A stretch of DNA of 63,923 bases. Origin: Negaprion brevirostris. Its lineage: Eukaryota. The stretch's first letter is position 1. Each line of letters opens with the position of its first letter. Shown here piece after piece: positions 49,680 to 63,923 of the stretch. Location of the stretch: NCBI GenBank assembly GCA_030324005.1, contig JARDVH010000150.1, positions 35,880,626-35,944,548 on the forward strand. The letters run 5' to 3'. Position numbers and translations under genes: made by a program. The notes beneath the pieces were generated by a model. It did not search any database. It was not told the origin of the DNA and worked only from the letters and a program-made list of their open reading frames with translations.

Positions 49680-49800
49680 AGAGAAAAATAACAAAAACAA
49701 AACAAAATTGGAGCAAAACAAAACAAATTTAATGATCATAAATGCAAAAGTAAAATCAATAGTCAAACAAAACAAAGGAAACAAAATGAAAAGAAATTAT
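49680..49800 (-). promoter_or_regulatory. GU/U-rich element with embedded ATTAAA in ELAVL1 3' UTR (candidate proximal poly(A) site)
   Basis: Minus strand tttgttttgtttg..tttgcatttatgatcATTAAAtttgttttgttttg..ttttgttttgtttttg; hexamer at 49728-49733, ~1.1 kb after the stop. Confidence 0.6.
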
Positions 49801-50829
49801 ATAACAGAACATTAACTAAGTTCAAAGGCAGTTTGTAAAAACTTTTAGATTAGTCTTCTTTAAGTCTATTTTAACAAAGCTTTGTGTTGACAGCTAACCT
49901 GCATGAAAAAAACATTAAGTACTTTCTATTCTGACGCATTATCCCAATTTAGCATGTCAATTATGCAAAAAACAAAAACTTTTTAAAAAAAAGAAATGGA
50001 GTTCACTAGATGGGGTGCAACAAACCTACAAATGCTCAAATGTTTGAACTTCTATGATAATATTACAAGCAGAATTAATCCTGTATTACATGAGATTTCC
50101 CAACCAAAATGTTCCTTTCACCCAGAAATTTGGCAAAATTGCGAGTCACCTGCTCCATTTTTGTACCGTACACTGTAAATTTCATTAACTGACTCATGGT
50201 TGTACTTATGTCAGGAATTAAAACTGAATTGTTTTGCACTTACCTCCATATTTCATGGGACAAGGAGGACACGGAAGGTGCCATTTACACTTATCTACAG
50301 AAAACTGTAAATTACAGCCATGGCTCAGACGTCTGGATGAACGTACTACTAAACATATTAATTTTACAGGCACAAATCAACATTTTAATTCAAAAAGGTT
50401 TACTAATGCATAAAGCCTATGCTAACATGTAGTGCATTTATGAAATTGCTTTCTCAAATGCAAGCAGGAATTAACTAAGAGCTGCTAGTCATATAACTGA
50501 TTACATTAAAATGGAATGAATGTTGTAATTTAAAACAATATTATTTCAAATTCAAGGAACTACTATACAATTTAGTATTTTACCCTCCTTTTTTGGGTGG
50601 GTAGGAAGAAAGGGGGGGAACATGGAAGGAAATGTATCAAACTTTTGAACATTTCATGTTAGTTGCATCCCAGAGTACTAATATAAAAAATCCTTTTCAC
50701 TTATTCTTCTAGAATGGTAGACAAAACACTTCTGTCACAACAGTAAGAGTTGCTTTACACTAGTGGACTTATTCACCGTTCAGCAGTGTATTTCTAATTG
50801 AATGCTTACAAATGAGCACAAGCTTTAAA

Positions 50830-51204
<375 letters not shown>

Positions 51205-51604
51205 TCAAAGGTGACGAAAACAAATGAAAATTAGTAAAAAATTCTCATACCCTTCCCCTCCAAAAAAAAAGGACAATAGAGAGTTCAATACATGGGCTGG
51301 GGAAGACTATTGCTGTTAAGCCATTGATTTAAACTTAGCGGACCTGATTCATCCAGACAAATGTAGGATCCAGGGTAACCACCTTTCACTTATAACTGGT
51401 ATAAAGCATTTTATGGGATTCCAAACCCCTACACTGTTGCCGGACACAACTCATTGTGCATTTTTACACAAGTACAGTCAAAGGGTTATCAAGTTTCCTT
51501 CTGCCAGATTCATTCCACAGACAAACAAGTATAGTTTCCTTACCAACGCAGCTTTTTACATCCACCGGGACAAAGGAGCAGCTTTATCAATGCAAACACA
51601 AAGA

Positions 51605-51749
51605 TCAGAATTTTCTGGTCGTTTTTGCTGGCGGGTTCTTCCCGTTCCACTAACAGCAGAGTGCATAAAATAGGAAACCCTGTTGAGAGGCGGGATCAGA
51701 AGATCCCACCGCCAACGAATGGCGGGGCTGAGTGCGGAAAATTCCACCC
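51605..51749. mobile_element. Short MITE-like imperfect palindrome
   Basis: gaattttc..tgctggcggg ttcttc on the left versus gaagatcccaccgcca..gaaaattc on the right; GC-rich island in an AT-rich intron. Confidence 0.55.
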
Positions 51750-53459
51750 AGAGTGGGCTTATTGGCTTTATTCTCCTGCAACTTGAACTACAGAATTATC
51801 AAACATAAATGCGTCTAAACTGATACTTTATTCCAGTCAAAAACCAATGCTACATATTAAAGTGCCTAATACTAAATCCTGCAATTTTCTTAGACTTTTT
51901 TGCAAGGTAGCATCTGAACAAATCCTAGATTATTTGCCATATTTGTAGCACACATAAATAGCTGATGCTAGACATTTTTGACAAGACAAATAAGAAAGTA
52001 TTTTTAAATGTCAGCTGCAATTCAAAAATTACTTCAACTTTGGAATATATAGCGCATCTAAATTATATGCTGACGCAGATCAGACCTCATTTTTGTTTCT
52101 GTATCAGTGGAGACCTGAACTATCAAATAATGGTGCCAGCATTCATAATAGGCAGAAGCACATCGCTCACCAGTTATCTTCTCCCATTCAGTATTATTCA
52201 GCGAATGAAAATTCCCGAAACCAAGTGATTGCCTCTTCATTTGCTGAGTTAATGGCGATTAGTCTGCTACTTACTCTGTAGAGGGGACACTCCTTGGTAA
52301 TGAGCAGCATTGTTTGTCTCTCCACTAGTATACTGTTGCCCCAGCAGTGGAGATGGCTGCAAAGGGGACCTGAACCTGTTTAGCAAGGATCACTCTCACC
52401 ATGGTAGTTCAAAGCCTGTCATTTAACAGATAGGGTTTATCACAAGGAAATTAGTTCCATCCAGTCAGAGTACAGTATTGTAAAATTTTGAGGCACGTCT
52501 CATTTAAAGGGTATGGAAAGTTGCTGAGGTGATAGACATGTTAGCTTGTTGCATTCCTACTGTGTCTGCTTGATATTTTTTAAATTCCTCACTAGAAGAT
52601 TAACTGTTTATGTCAGTTGCTTTATCCCCCCAAGCAAGTCCTTTGCACTCACTTGCCCTTAATCAGATGTGGCTAGAAGCGAGAGGGAGAGTTGCTGTTG
52701 GGGTTTGGCCAATCTACTTAGCGTTAGCCAAAATAACTGTTAGAAAGTAACAGACCCTAGAACTGTCTTCTAATAATTCCACATTGTCACAATTAAGGTA
52801 CTTTCAGTCTGTCACGTTTCCACAAAGATACAATGTAATGTTCAGCATTTTCCCCAGGACCCAGGCTTAATAGCAATGATGTCACCTCACCTCTTTCCCA
52901 TTGTAGCAGGGACAAGGAAAGCAAACAGGGAAAATGAGAAAAATAGTGGGAAAAAATGCAGTGGAAGACACAAACATGGTGTGGGTTCAAAACACCAAAG
53001 AGCACAATGTATACTGGGGTTGCCATGGTGTTGAATGATGATTCCACCTAAATCAAAATGGACAGAATGGATTTAATCATTTGTATATCATTTGATAGTT
53101 CTGAAGAATGGATCTGGCCAATTACTACAAATATTTGAATACCTGTTCCCTCATAAGATATTGACAGTATAAAGTTACACTGAATAGACAAGTCTTTCTG
53201 GTCATGCCCATCATCGTTCCAGCATTCATTTTCAAAAGGGACAATGAGTGACAAATCTATCTATAATATGAACAGAAATTCAATAAATTATTGAAGTTAA
53301 TCAGGATCCAAATTGGTGCTCATTAATAGATGGTCAAACACATCAGCTATCCCAGTTGCAAAGTTCGGTACTATATCTGAAAGAATTCACAATAAATTCT
53401 AACAGGAAAACATTGTCAAAACAATGCTGCAACCTCAGAGTTCAGGAAGACTGAAGTCA

Positions 53460-53903
<444 letters not shown>

Positions 53904-54648
53904 CTAGTGTGCTGGCAATCCAGTTACAATTGGTTTAGAAAATGCAACCTATTGATATATATCAAGGTAAATTATTTTAATAACTTAAAAAAATTAAAAA
54001 TGTGGTATCAAGACTGGTTGCGATCATAATTACAGGAAAAAAATCCATTAGGTACTAGTGTCCAAAAATCGTCAATCCTTGGTCTATGTGGTCAAAGTTC
54101 TTGGATATAATATTGCACTTCAACAATTTAAATGCAACATATAAACAGTCCTAAGTATGATTTCATACAGGAATGCAATGGAGAATTTTAGTGAATTTTG
54201 GTCGAATTAATTGGGAAACAATATCCCAACAAGTAAATCAAAGCTATCTTCAGAAATGTTGTCAAAAGAATTTGAAGAATGTAATCCTGAGCATTTGGAG
54301 CTGGCTGGGCTGCTGGCACTATTAAATAATGTTTGAATGCTTAACAATTAAAATGGTATTAAGCAAAACAAAATCTGATCTATACTCAAGAGAATCTGAG
54401 GTATTAGCTGAATCACTTCTGGACAACAGAAATAAGGGGAGAATATAGAGAAAAAAAGCCAAGTTCCCAAATATGTTTCCACACTCATGATTAAGCAAGT
54501 TAATAAAGATGGGCACTATAGTGGGCTTTTTAGCTCCACTTTAATGCAGTCTGACAAAGTTCAAAGACAATATTCCTAAATTACAAAGATCAACTTTATG
54601 AATACTTAAATATATTCCTTTCATTATCGATAAAGAAGATAAAAGTTA

Positions 54649-54810
<162 letters not shown>

Positions 54811-55715
54811 TCAATTAACATATTCATTTCTGGGATTAGCAGTTTTAATAAATATTGCATTGGATATGTAAAGGGCATGTCTATTTGAATCATGAAGAAC
54901 AGATTTCGTTCTGATCTTCGACTTTACCCAAATAGCACATTTTGATATCTTAAACATTAATTTACAAAAGGTATGCACTGTTAGCATTAACACGGCAAGA
55001 AGAAACATTGAAGTACATTAGCTTCAAATTTTTCTACACATCAGCGATGCCAATACCATACTTGATTCTAATAACAAACTGATGACTAGACACTTTGCAG
55101 ATATGCTCGTAGATTTAATTGTTATTTTAAAACATTTATCAGAGCATTTGTTTTTGAAGCAGTGTCTATGGTTAACTCCTGTGACATTTAATTTGATTTG
55201 ACTTGAGAGTACACAGGGCTCAGTCACTTGTCTCCTTGAAAGTATGTACATTTGATCTCAGGGCTTACATGTGCTGAGACTGTAGGCACATAAAATTCAA
55301 ACTGAAGATAACACCTAGCTTTTAAAGGAAGGACATCATCGCCAACCAAAACCTCAACTGCAGGTCAGTTGCTGAAGCTTCAAAGCTCACTAAAAAACGT
55401 AATTTATAAATCACCGTAAGATGTGAACTTTATCACCGTGAAATTTTGTTCAACTCAACTTCTCATCCAATATTTAAGCACCATAACAAGGCAGTTCCAG
55501 TTGATGAACACTGCCCAGCATGGAATTAAGCCAAACAGGTTACGTTTCACCAAGTTATTGATCTAAGTGAGAACAACAGCAGTTTACTGTAACTGGCTTC
55601 ACCTCTGGGCTAAGAAAGAGGACAAAATACCTATGTCTAGCACAAATCAATAACTTTGAGGTGGGTAATGAGAAAAGATCAAATGTGTACATATTGTGAA
55701 ACATGCACAAGGTTA

Positions 55716-55841
<126 letters not shown>

Positions 55842-56010
55842 TTAAAAGTAAGTGTTTGGTTAGCAACAATCCAGCTAAATTTCCAGGAAGGAAAAGCTCT
55901 AATTTTATCACATGCTATTTCCAATTAAACTGTAATCTGCATAGGCACTCCAAGTTTTATGGGCTACACTGAGCTGAAGCAACTCTTCATACAAACAAGT
56001 CAGAAATGAA

Positions 56011-56712
56011 GGGAGTGATTCTCCCATCCTTTTTTTTTAGCATAGTGGGATGGGAGATTTTAGCAGGGCCAGATGAGTGTAATCCACGCTGTGCGCCTGG
56101 CACCGAGCTCACCTCCCACTGCTAGGTATCCAGCGCTGTCAGCTCCGCACTGGATATAGGAGTGGAGCTGCATAATTTATGTTAATTCGAATTTAGTTGC
56201 TATTTACATGCTACTAGGGGATCTGGGACTGCCCAAGGTGCAAAGTGTCAATGGCCAGGGGCACCTTGGCACTGCCCACCAGACAGGGGCAGTGCTGAGA
56301 GGGTAGTGGGCTCTGTTTCCACTCTAACTTTGGGATCATGAGCATAGGCCAACAATCCTTTCTGGGAGAGGGTTTGGGAGGGCCAGTGTTGCAGAGGTTG
56401 CGGGGCTGGCCAGCGGTTGAGCTGGCCAGCAATCGGGAGGCTAGCAGACAGGGACCAATGCGCAAGCATCAATTTGGCACTGACAAATCGACGCGTGCGC
56501 AGTGGTCCACTCAGCACAGTGCTTCTGGCCTCTCCAGCAGGAATAGGGCCTGTCCCCTGATTTTTAATTGTGATTCACACTACTGCACTCTGCAGTGCAT
56601 ACAGTGTGGGAAATTCTTCTCTGAGCTCCCACTGGTAAAAAAAAAAGTGTGATTTACCCTAGTTTTTATGCAAATTTTTTCATTTAGAATTTTTTTGGGG
56701 AAGAATCCGGCC
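56011..56712. mobile_element. Non-autonomous DNA transposon (Harbinger-like) in ELAVL1 intron
   Basis: GC-rich block bounded by imperfect inverted ends gggagtgattctccc / gggaagaatccggcc. Confidence 0.55.
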
Positions 56713-59700
56713 TAGAGTATTGCGTGGTGGGTTTTCTAAAACCATTTAATCACACTTTGTGCTATATTACCAGTGTACTCTGCACACAAGATCCCAGCTT
56801 AAAGTCCATTCCTGGTTTAACTCAACAGCTAAGTCTTGTACCAAAGTTATATTAACAGAAAGGTCTTTCATGTCACGCCAGAACTTTTATAAAAAGCCAG
56901 TATGGCCACAGATCAGTAGCTGAAAGACAATGCACCACCTGCTCCCTCAAGATCCCCTATGCAAATGTTTATCTCACAAACATGTACAGCATATAAATTG
57001 CACTGTGATCAAAACAAGCAATACATGTTTAACACTGCAGCACTATAAGTGGCACTAAATTAATTATGGTTGAATTAATCATTATGGTTGAATAACTGAT
57101 TAGTAGTCACCCAACCTCACACTGAAATGAAACCTGCAGAATAAACCCAGTTGAGGACAAAAGCAACGATAAAGTCTACCCATTGCACATTCATTAGAAA
57201 GGAGTTGGCAGTGAGATAAAAATATTTTCCTGAAATTTACAATAATTTATGTAATGTTCTTTACATCATGACTGCAAAAGTGAAACCCTTACAAGAAGCA
57301 GCTTTAATGAAACTTTCATTTCAGACAAAATGTGCTATCTAACTAAGTACAATGCATTGACAAGTACAGGCATCATTTGCTGAGTATTTTAGCACTTATG
57401 GTTATAATTTCAGACTTGCAGCATCTGCAGTATTTTTTTAAAATTGGACATAGAGTAGCTAAGCCTTATTACTGAACTTCTTTTCCATTAGCTTCCACTG
57501 AACAATTTTAAGTGCCTTTTCACTTGGCTATTAGAAGTTCCATTTTACACTTCCTTACGTCCAACTCACAGAAAATTAGAGGAATGCTGGATAAATACTG
57601 CACTAGCATCCCTCTTGGCCAAAAAGTACATGATGTGAAAAGAAAAAGGATGGCGTCTCATCATTTCTGGAAGGCAATCAGAGTCACAACAAAGCAACAG
57701 TGACTACTGAAAATGAAGAATTAAAGGTGACAGAAAAAATTATTTGTTCAGTTGTTTTGGGAGTAAATGCAAACAGAAGACAACTGTCTGTAAAATACAA
57801 AAAAGTAGCGACCACTTTATACATTGTTGGAAGTAAGCAGTCAACACTTCGTAAAACTTGCATTTCAGCTTAGAAATTTACTCAATCAGCACTACCTTTG
57901 ATCATAGGACACAGAGAAATTGAAGAACCTACAAAAAAGTAAGTGTAATAGGTGAGGTGTTCTGAACTTAGTCAAAAACCACTCAACTTTGTTATATTTA
58001 CTTCTCTCTCCATCACCGTAAAAGGCTAAGCACCAAGTAAATCTGTCATCTCCAAGCATCACAAATTTTAACACAAAGTTCAATATAAATGCTAAGTATA
58101 ATTATCATCATTTCTGGTGGATTTTATCAAAGGGCTGATAATCCATCTTGATGTCCTGAAAAGCTCAATGAATTAGTGCACTGTTTGCTCTGGCCTCTCT
58201 TCGTCCCACCTTCCCACTGCCAAACCTAACTCCAAGCCAGCTTTGGGCAGGTCCATCTAAGTTTACATTAATTATTTTCCTGTGAACCTTTCCCTGTAAT
58301 ACTGCCCCTCAATCCTTGTCAAGTCACCAATATAAAACATCAGACCTGATAAGGAACACATTTCACCATGACCTTCGTTCTTTCCTCTCCTAAAAGTTAA
58401 ACAGTCCACCAACTGTCTGTCTAGGTTCAGTGGTGAGGAATGGTTGTGGACTATCTTGTACTTTTTTAAGCAAAGATTTTTGACCATTGCTGCTTAAATG
58501 CTCCATGCCTACAAACTAGGTTAAAGTCATATCATTCAGTATTAGTATTTCTCCAAACTTGCGCACAAATCCACTGTTCCATTTAGGTAAAACTAAAAAT
58601 TAAAAGATTAAAAAATTAAACTAACCATGTATATGGATTGTCAGCTTAAGATATTCAAAGGCTGTTTTTGTTTTGGTAGGAAGACATAGCAAAATTAGGA
58701 GTAGAAACACTCATTTTGGTATCTTTTGAATTTCTTGCAATTGAAAAAGCATGACGACACTAGACAGCTACTATCAATGACAATTATTAAATGAGCAGCA
58801 TGGAATGTCACACATTAAATACTCTTAGATTTACACAAGAGTGTCAGTCTTTGTGAGGGACATAGGGATAAGGAGCGAGTGAAGAGGAGAGTGAAAGAAA
58901 TATTCCAATGGGCTCTGCAACCTCAGAACAAGGAAAGAAAAGCAGCTTGGCATTCCATTCTATTTTCAAATCCTCTTCATTATACTCATGCAATCCAGAA
59001 GAGTGGCCAATTCCCTCTTCCCCATCCACTTTATTTACTGACTGAATAAACCAGATAAATGGTTTAACTGTAAAATGTTTTAAGATGTGCAAGCACAAAT
59101 TGGTTTGATAAGTATTGAAGAGTAACGTGTCAGAGGTGAGGGGAAGTCAATTCATCTTTGATGGTAAATGCCTGCACTTTTCTGCCTTGTGAATCATGCC
59201 GCATCCACTGAAAAGGAAAATAAGGCCAATGCGATAAACCTCCAAGACACCAGAGAGAAGCCTTTGGTTCCTTCTTACCAGCAAAGGTGAAGGATCCAAA
59301 TGGATCTATGAATGCGAGAAAAAAAATCCTTCACTGGAGTTACAATTTGGATTGCATTGAACAGCTAGAAAAACGCTTATTACATCTCAAAATTCTGACC
59401 CCTTTTCTCTCCCCATGGATTACTTTTCCTACTGTGCACATTCCCAAGCAGTGTTAGTTTCCCAAATACAATGAATTCACCTGGTGACCAGTCAGCATTC
59501 AGATCTTTTGGGAATCAGCAGAGGTAGGCAGAGAACAGAGAAAGACAAGAGAGGGGAAAAGGAAGCAAAGCAAGAATGATGTCACTTGTAGTTTCAGCAT
59601 GTGGGGCTGAAGGGAAAAATAAATTTCTGCAACAAAAAATATCTTTCATTTCCCTAATGCCATGAAATCTTCCAAGACCAGGTCAATAACAAATGATATG

Positions 59701-60689
59701 AAAAATGAAAACTGCTCTCAATGAATCATAAGTGTACTGCATGAAAATCAATGAAAATAGCATAGCTGTGACAGAAACGAGGTACTAAATTCAACAGCCA
59801 TCATAAAAATAGCTAACTGCCTTCAGTAATTAACACACTAAACCTGAAAGATACTTTCAATTTTATAGCACCAGTGATTATTTTATCTTTCATGCTTATA
59901 TGCCCTTTTAAATCAACCCCACAAACAGCAAATGGAACAGATTTAACACCAAAGATTTGCACTTCCCAAATTGTGCCTGTCATCCATAAGGCAGAATAGC
60001 AACATGATCTTTAATCTGTGCATGACGCCATCAGAATAGAGTAACTNNNNNNNCTTTCTTTGCTGTCAGTTTAAGCATTTAATATGTTAACTGCCGTTCC
60101 ATTACCTATTCTTTTGAAAGTTGGGCATTCTATCTTCCAAAGTTGTTAGTTGAAATGGTCCTGCCATTCTTTGAATCCTTAGTGGCCAATGCTAAAATAT
60201 CAGTCAATTTTAGCAAAATATCAAGGAAGTCAGCATCCAATACAGGTATTGTCTGATACAAAATAATGCTATGGAAAAGGCTGAGAGGAGAAACATGCTT
60301 ACAATGCTGGAAAACCTGTTTAAATCTAAACCGGATCATGACATGAACTTACATTAATCTATATTTACAACAATGACGTGACAATGTTTCTTCAATCAAC
60401 AGCACACAAATATTAAATAAGGCAAACTCCTAACCTGAACAGCACCTGGTACCTCACTTTGAATGAAACAGGAAATTAGGAGAGTTGAAAACAACAAGGT
60501 TGTTTCTCCTCTTCTCTTTTATTGGTTTTTGTGGGGAGATGGTTCTGTATTGGTAATACTAATACTCTGGGAGCAAGGCCTTAATTCCATCAGAGCGGCT
60601 GATGGAATCTGAATTAAATTAACAAGTGGGAATTCAGTGCTCTATGCATTTCTTTCCTTTGCTTTCCAATCTGTCTTAAATCTTCAGAC

Positions 60690-63923
<3,234 letters not shown>

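Overview
Vertebrate genomic DNA, almost certainly from a shark or other elasmobranch (HE1-type tRNA SINEs, CR1 LINEs, cluster-type Ig genes), in a gapped draft scaffold. The left half (1-31.5 kb) is an immunoglobulin light-chain locus of the sigma isotype. It holds one apparently intact unrearranged V-J-C cluster (V 38-358 with 12-RSS, J 737-773 with 23-RSS, C 3741-4063; the leader exon lies left of the window). Decayed relatives follow: an inverted, divergent, truncated V pseudogene (17772-17929, minus strand), a second J with a broken heptamer plus a pseudo-C (18645-20336), and a third pseudo-C split by a SINE and a Penelope-like element (28297-31542). The right half carries ELAVL1/HuR on the minus strand: five coding exons (the first cut by the window edge) and a long U-rich 3' UTR converging on the Ig locus, with a candidate CTCF site between them. 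Everything was aligned by eye, repeat boundaries are approximate and no database search was run. I see no wholly new system; the most unusual signals are the locus architecture and the V-J junction sequence.
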